64,000 nt of DNA from the NCBI GenBank assembly GCA_965198175.1, contig OZ240245.1, positions 448,001 to 512,000 on the forward strand, given 5' to 3'. This document shows positions 50,779 through 60,719 of this stretch, one piece after another. Positions within the stretch are counted from its first letter, which is position 1; each line of letters opens with the position of its first letter. The notes beneath the pieces were generated by a model that ran no database searches, was not told the DNA's origin, and saw only the letters and a list, made by a program, of their open reading frames with translations. The DNA is from Candidatus Poribacteria bacterium. Lineage in GTDB: Bacteria; Poribacteria; WGA-4E; PCPOR2b. Made by a program: the position numbers and the translations under genes.

Positions 50779-52539
50779 ATGAAAGACGTCGTCCGGCTTT
50801 TGTCGTATCTTAAACCGTATTGGCACTTTCAGTTGTTTTATATTTTATCGTCGCTAGGTTCCTCAGGCGCCATTCTCGCTTTCCCGTGGATTCAGAAGAT
50901 TTTGATAGACGATGTCTTTATCGCCCGAAGCGCTGAGTTGCTTCTGCCGACATGTGGACTCTGGATTTTAGCGGCGGCCGGTGGGTTCTTTTTTACACTC
51001 GGGGTTATTTACTTTTCAACGAAGGTTGCTGAAAATGGTTCCAAAGATATTCAGTTGGATGCCTATCACGACCTCCGCAAATTAGGGTTTCGATTTTACG
51101 ACACCCAGCAAACCGGGAAAGTGATGGCAACATTCACATCGGACACGCCAAAAGCCGTCGAGGGCTTTCGTGTGTTCGCGGGCGACTACATAATAAACGG
51201 CATCATGCTGGTTGCTGCCGTCAGCCTCATCACAGCCATCAACTGGCAGTTGTGCCTCTTTACTATGCTGATTGTCGCTGTGAATATCCTTATCCCAATT
51301 TTCTTGGATAAGCCGCTGCGACGAATTGGAGAGGAGGTTCAAGAGCAAAAGGCTTTACTCTCGGGCAGCTTACAGGAGAGCATCGCCGGTTCCCGCGAGC
51401 TGAAAGGATTAGGAAAGGAGTTCTTTGATTTAAAACAGATCCATAAGTCACTTCTGCGGCTTGTAACTCTCAATCTCAAACAGGTAACAATGCAGGGGGT
51501 GGGAAGTATCACCATCGCCTTATACTGGATAGGATGCGCTTTGATATTTCTGATCGGAGGAAGGTATGTCCTGCGCGACGCTATTACGATTGGTGAACTC
51601 TTTGCAGTCACCATGTGGTTTGGCACTGTAAATGAGCCTGTGCAGAATCTCATAAGCCTTCATCTTAGAATCCCATCAATATTGGTTGCTGCTCGTCGGG
51701 TGTTTGGTTTTTTGGATGAACATGAGGAAGAATCCCAAGACGGGAAACCCATCAGCCAGGTCGATGGAGGAGTTCGATTTTCCAAGGTTTCGTTTGCGTA
51801 TAGTGACAACCAAACTGTTTTGAAAGAGGTGAGTTTCCAAGCGGAGCCGGGCGAGACGGTTGCAATCGTTGGACCGAGTGGCGCAGGGAAAAGCACGTTG
51901 ATTAACCTGATTCCACGGTTCTATGAACACCAGCAGGGCGAGATTTTGATAGACTCTACGCCTATCAAGGAGATACAAATCCAATCGTTGCGCACACACA
52001 TGGGCATCGTTTTTCAAGATCCGTACCTGTTTGCAGACACAGTGGAATACAACATCCGCTTGGGTGCGGAAGACCCGGAAGCGGTGTCACACGAGTCGGT
52101 TGTCACCGCCGCAAAGTTGGCAAACGCACACGACTTTATTATGAAAATTCCCGACCAATATAAAAGCAAAGTCGGCGAGAGAGGCATTCGATTATCCGGT
52201 GGAGAACAGCAACGGATAGCTATCGCGCGTGTGTTAATCAGAAATCCGAAGATTCTGATTTTGGATGAGGCAACGTCGTCGCTAGATGCGGCATCCGAGG
52301 CGCTAGTGCAAGATGCGCTCACGCAACTCATGAAAGGACGGACTAGCTTTGTAATTGCGCATCGTCTATCAACAGTCTTGAACGCTGATAAAATCCTCGT
52401 TCTTAGTGATGGGAAACTCGTGGAATCTGGCACACATGCAGAGCTCATTCAACGCGGCGGCATATACAACGCCCTGTTTCAGAAACAGTTTGTCGGGATG
52501 AAGTCAGCCGAAACAACACCCCCGTCAGAGCGAGCTTGA
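50779..52539 (+). CDS. ABC exporter, fused permease/ATPase (MsbA-like)
   Basis: TM domain followed by GPSGAGKS, LSGGE, ILDEAT and IAHRL. Confidence 0.95.
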   Translation: MKDVVRLLSYLKPYWHFQLFYILSSLGSSGAILAFPWIQKILIDDVFIARSAELLLPTCGLWILAAAGGFFFTLGVIYFSTKVAENGSKDIQLDAYHDLRKLGFRFYDTQQTGKVMATFTSDTPKAVEGFRVFAGDYIINGIMLVAAVSLITAINWQLCLFTMLIVAVNILIPIFLDKPLRRIGEEVQEQKALLSGSLQESIAGSRELKGLGKEFFDLKQIHKSLLRLVTLNLKQVTMQGVGSITIALYWIGCALIFLIGGRYVLRDAITIGELFAVTMWFGTVNEPVQNLISLHLRIPSILVAARRVFGFLDEHEEESQDGKPISQVDGGVRFSKVSFAYSDNQTVLKEVSFQAEPGETVAIVGPSGAGKSTLINLIPRFYEHQQGEILIDSTPIKEIQIQSLRTHMGIVFQDPYLFADTVEYNIRLGAEDPEAVSHESVVTAAKLANAHDFIMKIPDQYKSKVGERGIRLSGGEQQRIAIARVLIRNPKILILDEATSSLDAASEALVQDALTQLMKGRTSFVIAHRLSTVLNADKILVLSDGKLVESGTHAELIQRGGIYNALFQKQFVGMKSAETTPPSERA

Positions 52540-52575
52540 ATCCGAGGCATCGAACATGCCGTAAATCATTTAGCT

Positions 52576-52593
52576 TTTGACTAAATAGTCAAA
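52576..52593. promoter_or_regulatory. Palindromic operator overlapping a -35-like hexamer
   Basis: TTTGACTA-AA-TAGTCAAA, perfect 8-bp arms. Confidence 0.55.
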
Positions 52594-52641
52594 TTAGATT
52601 ATGAGGAGTTCGGCTTTTTACTTACAAAGCCTAAATCATTG

Positions 52642-54282
52642 ATGAAAACTTCCAAAAACAGAATCGCCCTCAATCTTGACGACACAGCAGAAGTGTCTGT
52701 CAAAGGCTTCATCGCCCCGATTGAATACACGCAATACAACTTCCATGAGAGGTGGGACGCATTGGCGAATCTACGGGTTGCTGAACCAGAAAAGCAGCAT
52801 TCTGCGTCAGTTTTTCGTGCGTTTCTCCCGTCCGAAGCGGTTACGGTCGGTGAGGTCTGGCAAATTGAAAAAGAGGGTGCGCTGGCGTTGCTGAGGCAAC
52901 TTCACCCCAATCCACATCTGGATATGCACATTGATGCAGGGGAATCCTGTGGATTGTGGACATGTCTGCGCGCTTACAATGATCAATTCGCCCACGTCGT
53001 GTTCCGCGTTCATGCAGAATTTGCCTTGAAGGACGGTTGGTTCACACCCTCCCAATTCGCCGGGCATCTAGTTATAGATCGAATTGAAGAAAAGATGGTG
53101 TTTTTCCAGATGCGCGTTCCTGCTGAAGGTGTAATGAACTTCGATGCTAACTGGGAAACAACAGAAGAAGGGTGGGAACCGTCTATGATAATTACCGATA
53201 CCGGCTTCTGTCCACGAATGGAATTGCGTGCCGGTATAGAACCCGGTGTACAGAATCTTGAATTCATAGAAGCCATTACAGAAGAAGAAGCAGTGCACAA
53301 ACTGACACTGTGTTTTTACGAATCGCAGCAGATTCATTGGGTACCGCTGGACGAAGCGCTGGAGATTGCACAATTAGAGCAAAAACCCGTTCACGCCATT
53401 TCAGTAGATGGGCCGTTGGCTGACGAGTCATGCTGAGGGAGTGGCAAATTATTGAGAGCAGTTGCTCTCTCACATGACCGGGTCATCAAATTTTTGAACG
53501 AAAATTTCATCAACACATGGGCAACCAATGCCGAATTAGGGCGTAAACCCCAATTGCGCGACCCTATTGCCAAGAGACGCGACCGCGAATCCAAGGTCTT
53601 TGACACAACGTCCCCCTTGGTACAAGCAATCATGAAGGGCTGGAAGAAAGATTCACCGGTGGATTGTTTAGTCATATCGCCCGACTTTGAACTGAAAGGG
53701 CAGCTTCCCCTCAATGAATACTCCACGCACGCTGTAGATGGTGGGAGAACGGCGGCAGAAAATTACCGACTGTTTCTCGTGGAATCCCTAGAAGGGAAAC
53801 TCCCCGGGTTGAGTCGAGAAAACTCTTTCAGATATTTATTTGGCGAGGTAGAGGATAGCTCCGTCGAACCGCTCTTAAGTGATTTGAACGTTGTCCTCAA
53901 CAGTATACAACCCTCGTTGGAAGTATTGGATATTTTTCGGACCCCAGCGGCGGATTGTCAGGATTACACTGTCGTAAGAATTGATGTTACAGCGTTTGAA
54001 ACCGGTGGGACACTAGCGATTGACATCCGAGTTGGCAGCGCTGAACAAGGAGGTTCCTTCTATTTGTACGATGGCGACGTCGAAGTCCCCACGGGGGGCG
54101 GGGAACGTTACTATCACTCGTTTGCCAATGCTACGGGTGTGCCTCCCAAGGGAGCAGCGCAAATCCAGTATCCTTTCTATCGGGGTCAGGTGTTTAAGCT
54201 GGTAGTTGCCGCGGAGGTAAAGAATGGGGAAGGGAGTGTCAATGCCTTTCAGGCAAGAATTTCTGTAGGGCAGACAAACTGA
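52642..54282 (+). CDS. Selenoprotein N (SELENON)-like selenoprotein, 546 aa, Sec (UGA) at 53434-53436
   Basis: The two ORFs share a frame and are separated only by TGA plus 5 sense codons, giving DGPLADESC-U-GSGKLLR...FLNENFINTW. Upstream FRVHAEF, WFTPSQFAGH and GFCPRMEL match my recollection of the SELENON core. A hairpin follows the UGA. Confidence 0.88.
53454..53469 (+). promoter_or_regulatory. Candidate bacterial SECIS hairpin
   Basis: GAGAGC-AGTT-GCTCTC starts 17 nt after the UGA, with G at loop position 2. Confidence 0.65.
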
Positions 54283-54509
54283 ACTCGCTGCGCGGGTGAA
54301 CGTGTCTGCAACATGGATGCGTCGTCCATTCACCGTTAAGTCTCATAACGTCAGGACGAGTCTCCGGTTTTTGCGGTTTTCCGAAAAATTTGTCACTGCC
54401 ACAATCGTGGTTAGCAGCCATTCCAGTGGGGTTGTTCTCACGGGTGGATTCGTCGCTGCCATCCAGAAGACATTCATGTCAATCGCCGGCAACTTTTGCG
54501 GTTGCAATG

Positions 54510-54976
54510 CTACGTAGCCGCTTGCTGTCTTAATACCGCAGGGTAAACGGCGTTTATAGATTGAGCTATCATGTCGCCGATTAATTCGGATTCGGGCGAA
54601 TTCCCCTGGGGCAATCCAGTTATTTCGCTGTGTGACAGGTCAGCTTCAAATTCGTCCTCCGCAGCCAGAGGCTTATGAATGAAGCGAAGCCCATCAAATA
54701 CCGTGCGAACGTACTGTTTTGTGGCGCCGATGTTCAGTTCAGCCAGACGGCCACCTTCTCTCATCTTCAGCCGCGCTAGCCTCCTCACTTCAGCGAGTTG
54801 CTCATCCTTTGTACGATTGCGAAAGCATTCAAGCCAATTAACGGATAAACCGGTATCATCGGGCCGATTTTCGCGTAGGCAAAGCGCAGACCCGTCCACC
54901 TTTCCGTCTGTGCGGACGCTTGTAGGTTTTGCATATCGAAGACATGATTATCGCCCAGTAGATTGTCGCTGGTCAT
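54510..54976 (-). pseudogene. Frameshifted hypothetical protein, possible ADP-ribosyltransferase-like fold
   Basis: Adding 1 nt near 54940 gives MTSDNL..DNHVxRYAKPTS...LSVNWLE...HSEITG. Confidence 0.6.
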
Positions 54977-55386
54977 ACTTGCAGAAGTGTCTCAAGTTGG
55001 AAGGTTCGCACCTGCCGTTTAACTCCGTCGAAAGTGTCCCGTCCAGCCATACGCGAGATATCGCTGCTTCCTCTTCGTCGCCGGAAGATCACATATTGCA
55101 GCATGCGGTCCCCACGAAATTGAAGTCCAAAGTGATTGCCATCCTCATCCTCCCAGATGATGCGTAGGTTGCCATTGTCCAAGAGCACTACTTCTGCTTC
55201 GCAAACTAAGGGCATAGATAGGATAAATGACCAAAAGTCCATCTCGGACGCCTCGTTCACAGTAAAACCGTCAAGCTCGGCATCGCTGCGCAGTTCTTCA
55301 ATTCGGAGTCTATAGGTCTGGTGAGTCTGCTGCGTCTGTGGCTGGTTTTTCGACTTTTCCAAGGCGGCCGCTCGCTTTGATTTCAA
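54973..55386 (-). CDS. Hypothetical protein; 5' end uncertain (possibly deletion-fused)
   Basis: 4-nt overlap with the downstream gene; the 5' part overlaps the TIGR04255 remnant. Confidence 0.5.
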   Translation of the reverse strand: MKSKRAAALEKSKNQPQTQQTHQTYRLRIEELRSDAELDGFTVNEASEMDFWSFILSMPLVCEAEVVLLDNGNLRIIWEDEDGNHFGLQFRGDRMLQYVIFRRRRGSSDISRMAGRDTFDGVKRQVRTFQLETLLQV

Positions 55387-55786
55387 ATATCAGTAACGGA
55401 GCCTCCGGTTGCCTTGCCATGGTGGCAGCGCGTATGCCGATATTGGCTTGTAGATCGGTTGCAATTTTGTAGACATAATTACAATTGAACCCCGGAAGCT
55501 CGTAAGCGTTGATGTTAGGCTCTAAAATCGAGACAGAGGGGATGTCATTTGCGGTGTCTTGTGGTCCTGACCAGAACTCACAGGGTTCTAGGGCATTGAC
55601 ATAGGTCAGTTCACAATGGTCAACAGCAAGATCTTCCACGGTTTTAATTTCCGTTCGGATAAACTCGCTGAAAAGCCCATAGTATTTATCAAATGTAGTC
55701 TTGATATGCCTGTGGAATCGCGGGTAATCCTCGTCTCTGCGACGCCAGTTAAACATGAAAGCATTTTTCTGAATCTGGATAAGATT
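55310..55786 (-). pseudogene. TIGR04255 family protein, truncated
   Basis: NLIQIQKNAFMFNWRR...YPRF...CELTYVN. An in-frame stop lies just upstream and there is no native N-terminus. Confidence 0.65.
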
Positions 55787-56091
55787 AGGCTATAATACAG
55801 TTTTGCTTATTTTGCGGCAATTTCACACATCCGAAAAAGTCTGCGATGCGGCTGAAAGCTAGATAGAGTACGGGTTTCTGGCGTCTGATTTTCTGAAGTC
55901 CCAGCGGAAATAAGTTGAGAATGCTCATTTTCATTATACACCTATAGTCGCTGCAACTCAAAATTACACATATTAATCCGATCAAAAAGGGGTGTCAACC
56001 CCCCTAGCCCCCTTTATCAGCTTACTATTACCCACATCTCAATGAGAGCGTGTCATGCTTTATTGGACACAGCGATTTATCGCAAATATCC

Positions 56092-56276
56092 ACATACCGC
56101 TCCGCTGGAGCGGGTGAGTCGGGCACGTCTTGGCTATAGACATCGCACTCCGCTGGAGTGCAAGAAATTGTTGCCTATATAGGCGTGATGCGGTTAGAAG
56201 GGTTTCCATCCAGCGGATCGACATGTCTATAGAAACAGCATTCATAACCCTATTCCGCTCCAGCGGAGCGGTATGT
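56092..56276. repeat. REPIN-like cluster of four GCTCCGCTGGAGC-type palindromes
   Basis: Outer 22-bp perfect inverted repeat (56092-56113 / 56255-56276) and an inner CTATAGACAT / ATGTCTATAG pair. Confidence 0.8.
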
Positions 56277-56394
56277 TACTTGCGCTGTATGATTGCACCC
56301 GGCACGACGGGATTTGTTGCTTCAGATTTTCTATTTTGTCAGCGGAAAGCGAGGCTGTAGTTGATAAGCGATTCACTAAAACACTGCTCCCTTA

Positions 56395-56838
56395 TTACGG
56401 TGTCAATCGGTTTTTCTGTGGACGCAGCAGGTGGATACCCATCGCACCATTCAGCACCGGGAGTAGGGCATCAAAGAAAGTCCATACCAGCGTGCGGACA
56501 TCGGCGCTGACCGCGGTAAAATCTTTTCCTACCTTGCTGATGCCGAACCAGTTCCAGAAAAAGAGTATGGCTGCGAACACGAATCCGTAGAATAGCGTGT
56601 TTGCTGCGATGAACTCTTGAACGCTCGAATTCTCGCGGGTTCGACGCATGCGAAGGTATCCGAATTCCAAGCCCACAATTATAGAAATCGCAGAGAGTGG
56701 GTCAATTATAGCCCAGATGCGGCTGTACGGATGCTCGTGCGAGGAGGTGTGGTAGATTGGCTCGATGACTGTGTGAATGGCGACGATTGCTGCAATTACG
56801 ATGAGAACTACACCAAAGAATCGCTGAATTCCTTCCAT
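56395..56838 (-). CDS. Hypothetical 4-TM membrane protein, paralog 1
   Basis: Highly similar to 57222-57656 (AIVAIHTVIEP, AAILFFWNWFGIS). Confidence 0.85.
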   Translation of the reverse strand: MEGIQRFFGVVLIVIAAIVAIHTVIEPIYHTSSHEHPYSRIWAIIDPLSAISIIVGLEFGYLRMRRTRENSSVQEFIAANTLFYGFVFAAILFFWNWFGISKVGKDFTAVSADVRTLVWTFFDALLPVLNGAMGIHLLRPQKNRLTP

Positions 56839-57221
56839 GTAAATCTTCTCCCAATCTACGTTCCCTTCAGCAATCGTGACTGAAGTTGATGGGCTGGCTT
56901 TTGAGGCTTTAATCTGGGGTCGGTCCCGATTTTGGATTTGTTCACTTCAATCCGCAGAGACGCGGAGGACACAGAGAAGATCGTCTCTGTGTCCTCGTGA
57001 TTGTGTTCCTTGGTTGGGAACGGAGATTCGCATTCCCGACGTACGCCACCTCATCTGGCAGTAGGTCTATCAAGGCGGCAACTCAGGTTAGGAATTAATT
57101 TGGGTTATTGAAAGACTGTGATATCTTGGTTGTGCCCATCCCAGTTTGTACGGATTCTACACCCTGCAACGCGAACGCAAGGGATGCACCGATTCTGATG
57201 ACGAGTCACAAACACTGTTGG

Positions 57222-57656
57222 CTATTCGCTTGCCCTGGAGCGCAACAAGTGGACACCCATCGCACCGCTCAACAACGGGAATAGAGCATCAAAGAAAATC
57301 CATACCAGCGACCGAACATCGGCGCTGACAGGGGTAAATTCTTTCCCGACGCCGCTGATGCCGAACCAGTTCCAGAAAAAGAGTATGGCTGCGAACAGAA
57401 ATCCGTAGAATAGCGCGTTCGCCGCGATGAACTCTGGACCGCTCGAATTTTCGCCTGCACGACTCATGCGACAATAGCCGAATATCAACCCCAGGATTAT
57501 AGCAATCGCAGTAAGTGGGTTGATTATGTCCAAAATTGGGCTGTTTAGACTCTCGTCGGTGGACGTGTGGTAAACCGGCTCGATGACTGTGTGGATGGCA
57601 ACGATCGCCGCAATTAGGATGAGAATAACACCTACAATTTGCTTGAAGGCGTTCAT
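57222..57656 (-). CDS. Hypothetical 4-TM membrane protein, paralog 2
   Basis: Tandem paralog with an AGGAGG RBS. Confidence 0.85.
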   Translation of the reverse strand: MNAFKQIVGVILILIAAIVAIHTVIEPVYHTSTDESLNSPILDIINPLTAIAIILGLIFGYCRMSRAGENSSGPEFIAANALFYGFLFAAILFFWNWFGISGVGKEFTPVSADVRSLVWIFFDALFPLLSGAMGVHLLRSRASE

Positions 57657-58494
57657 GACAATTTCCTCCTATTTGTTTGTCGGTTACAGTTAATACCTGT
57701 CCCAAGAAACGAAACCGCGTATATCATATCACATACCCCCAAAAAATCAACGAAAATATGACGCAACAATGCGCTCAACCTCGAAATGGCATTGACATCC
57801 CTTTTTCATGTTTTGCAGGCTTTGCATAGCTGCGAAATGCTCCAAAATCGGAGGACAGAATCTCTATGTTGCGCTTGTGACGTGGATTGTCTGCGTACCG
57901 AACGGCGCCCGGCGCATTTTAAGGACGACCACGATGCCAACAGCAATTGCGACACCGAGTTCGCGGAGCGTAATCTCCGTGTTACTTCGCGAGAATCAAG
58001 TTTAACAATTAAGTAATTTTTTGAGATAAAGGCGGAACTGCTTGACAAAATTTGACAAGTTTATTTTTTACCGCAATTTTACATGATGGATTCCTGTTTT
58101 TTCTAAAGAAACAATTGTCCTACTGATTGACGTTCAAAACGGTGGAGCTTGAGATTGAGCTTACACACTCCTTGCGCCGGCGGGTGCAGTAATAGAGTAA
58201 TTGAATCAGCACTTAGGAGACATGGGTGTAGTAGGTTGGATTTCACTACGATTTGGGAGATTTTAGGCAGAATCAACCCCGCGATCCAAGTGGAACGCTT
58301 GGTATGTTTGAGAGGTTCCGCTCAACCCAACTTGCTGTTCTAGGTTTTTCCATACACCTGTAAGATTTCATCTGCGATTTGGTAATCCCAGAGACCGCCT
58401 ATAGACGATGTGTCACAAAATCTGATAATTGTGGGAATAATGAGTGATTCCTATTCCGAATTGGGTTTAAATAACGGAATGAAAACTTAATCAC

Positions 58495-58523
58495 TTGACT
58501 GTTCCTAGTATTTATGCTATACT
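58495..58523 (+). promoter_or_regulatory. Sigma70 promoter of the transposase
   Basis: TTGACT-N17-TATACT with an extended -10 TG. Confidence 0.7.
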
Positions 58524-58551
58524 ATAGGGCATAGAAAGGAGAAATCAAGCC

Positions 58552-59436
58552 ATGAATTTGATAGCAATTATGAACCGATTTCCAGACCAAAAATCTTGTA
58601 TCGCATATCTCGAAAAAATACACTGGAACGACAAACCGTATTGTCCACGTCGCGGTTGTCAATCGGATAGAGTGGCACGAAAAACGATTCGAGGTAAAAC
58701 CGGGGAATGGAATTGTCACCAGTGCAAATCAACCTTCAATGTTCTAACAGGTACAATGTTTCAAGGGACACGGGTTGAACTTCAGAAGTGGTTTTTGGCT
58801 ATCAGCTTAATTGCCAACGCGAAAAAGAGTCTATCAAGTCATCAACTTGCACGTGATTTAGACCTTACGCAAACCACAGCCTTGTACATGCAACAGCGAA
58901 TCCGTGCAGAAATGGGACGCAACACTCCATCCGCATTACTACAGGGCATTATCGAAGCTGATGAATGCTATATCGGTGGGAAACCGCGCAAGCGAAACAA
59001 GCGTAAGGATGATGAACCGCCGAACAAGCGTGGACGTGGAACCAAGAAAACTCCCGTCATCGGAGCAGTGGAACGAGGCGGTGAGGTCATGGCTAGAGTA
59101 GCCACAGATTTGTCAGGACGCGGCATCTTGAAGTTTATCACCAGAGAACTTGTCAAGACTGAGGAATCGAAGTTGATAACGGACGAATACAGCCCATACA
59201 AAGCCATCCGGTCTCGGATGCCACACGAAGTAATCAATCATTCCGAACGTTACGTAGATGGAGATATTCACACCAACACGATTGAGGGGTTCTGGAGTCT
59301 GCTCAAGCGTGCTTGGTACGGTACGCACCATCATTACAAATTCACACCCCTATACGTGATAGAGGCGTGCTGGAAGTACAATCACAGAAAAACTAAGAAC
59401 AGTTTCGATGTGTTCTTGAAAGGATGCTTTGCGTAA
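58552..59436 (+). CDS. IS1595 family transposase (ISXO2-like)
   Basis: Zn ribbon (CP..GC...C..C), EADECYIGG, ITDE, NHS and HTNTIEGFWSLLKR motifs. Confidence 0.95.
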   Translation: MNLIAIMNRFPDQKSCIAYLEKIHWNDKPYCPRRGCQSDRVARKTIRGKTGEWNCHQCKSTFNVLTGTMFQGTRVELQKWFLAISLIANAKKSLSSHQLARDLDLTQTTALYMQQRIRAEMGRNTPSALLQGIIEADECYIGGKPRKRNKRKDDEPPNKRGRGTKKTPVIGAVERGGEVMARVATDLSGRGILKFITRELVKTEESKLITDEYSPYKAIRSRMPHEVINHSERYVDGDIHTNTIEGFWSLLKRAWYGTHHHYKFTPLYVIEACWKYNHRKTKNSFDVFLKGCFA

Positions 59437-60202
59437 CCTGTGCATCATTATTAGGTGCTGGCAATTCCAAAACTTTGTGTAATGAAGCGATGGCCTTTGA
59501 ATCGCGCTTGTTGAAATATTTTTCAGCTCTACCATCTTTGAGCCAATCGTTAAGTTGTGAGTTAAACTCTGTCATCAGTTCATTAGGATATAGCCGAGCC
59601 AGAACAACCGGTCTGTGGTCTAAAAATTCGTGAGGGTAGGTTGGGAATGAGTCAGGCTCATGCCCTTGTTCCCGACACCATTTTGAAAACATCTTACCTA
59701 AAGCTATATCAGGCATCAGTTTATTTGGAAGAATATATCCGCGAATTTCAAGAGGTGCTAGTAGGCGTAAATACATCTGATTCAGCATGGAAAAATGCGT
59801 ATGCGGTATCTTGTGTTGATTTATAACATACCGGCGAACATGGTCAGGCAAATTACCCCGTCCGCCAACCCAATCATATACCCACTTGCTAACTTGTACT
59901 GCGAATTTAGGTGACAGCCATTGTGCTAGATGAACAGCAACATATGGATGAACCCAAGTACCCTGAAGTTCTGGCACACCACCCCGAATTTGTTGTACAA
60001 GTCCCGTTACTGGGATCCCAGTAACGGAAGAAAGTTCCACCAAATAAGCATTTGTGCTACTTAATTGGGAATAATTGTTAAACCGTTTCCCCGCCGCCTT
60101 GCACATAGCGGTGGCGTTTATATATCTATCTATAGCTCTTTGATTGATGGTTGATTCTTCAATCTCATGGTAAATAATTGGCAATTGGTATGCGTTAGAC
60201 AT
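59393..60202 (-). CDS. KilA-N domain protein
   Basis: YINATAMCK and QGTWVHP.VAVHLAQWLSPKF motifs. Confidence 0.92.
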   Translation of the reverse strand: MSNAYQLPIIYHEIEESTINQRAIDRYINATAMCKAAGKRFNNYSQLSSTNAYLVELSSVTGIPVTGLVQQIRGGVPELQGTWVHPYVAVHLAQWLSPKFAVQVSKWVYDWVGGRGNLPDHVRRYVINQHKIPHTHFSMLNQMYLRLLAPLEIRGYILPNKLMPDIALGKMFSKWCREQGHEPDSFPTYPHEFLDHRPVVLARLYPNELMTEFNSQLNDWLKDGRAEKYFNKRDSKAIASLHKVLELPAPNNDAQVTQSILSRTHRNCS

Positions 60203-60276
60203 TATAATGCACTCCTATTGCAAGTTTGTGGGGGAGGCGAAATCAACGAATTTACCCACTGGGTGAACACTGTCTC

Positions 60277-60702
60277 CTACGAAGGTTTTGGTCCGAATCG
60301 GTTCTCACCATCTGTGCCTTTAATAAACAAGCATATAAACACGATTATCAATCCAAAAGGCGGTAGGAAAAAGTTAATTAACATCCACCAACCTCTCATA
60401 TTCACGTCATGAAGTCTTTTGATGCTAGGACATAGAAAAAGGAGGGGGCCTAATAACACCATATAAATTACAAAGAAGATGAACACAGCGTTTATTTCCG
60501 GGACAGTCCCTATTGTTCCGAGGGCTACCTTAATTGCGACATCAACAAGTTGGCAAAGCCACATCGTTTTTCGTGAAATTCTCCCTTCGGGAGAAAACAA
60601 AAGGTTTGTCCATCCTTGTTGTTTGTCGATTTGCCGTTGTGCTTCTAGCTGTTTTGATTTGTCTATAAAGCGCTCAAGCGCTTCATCACGTTGTTCATTC
60701 AT
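60277..60702 (-). CDS. DUF805 membrane protein
   Basis: FS.EGRISR, KRLHD and GT.GENRFGP motifs. Confidence 0.88.
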   Translation of the reverse strand: MNEQRDEALERFIDKSKQLEAQRQIDKQQGWTNLLFSPEGRISRKTMWLCQLVDVAIKVALGTIGTVPEINAVFIFFVIYMVLLGPLLFLCPSIKRLHDVNMRGWWMLINFFLPPFGLIIVFICLFIKGTDGENRFGPKPS

Positions 60703-60719
60703 TAGAAAGGATTCTCCAA

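Noticed and set aside
53452..54282. Separate 276-aa CDS starting at TTG 53452
   Set aside because: Better explained as the post-Sec half of the SelN-like gene, since the motif runs across the TGA.
57786..58048. Short overlapping Cys-rich ORFs
   Set aside because: No RBS or recognisable motif; probably spurious.
58092..58100. TCCTGTTTT matching the sequence right of the IS as a target-site duplication
   Set aside because: It lies ~390 bp from the putative left end and is not next to any inverted repeat; likely chance.
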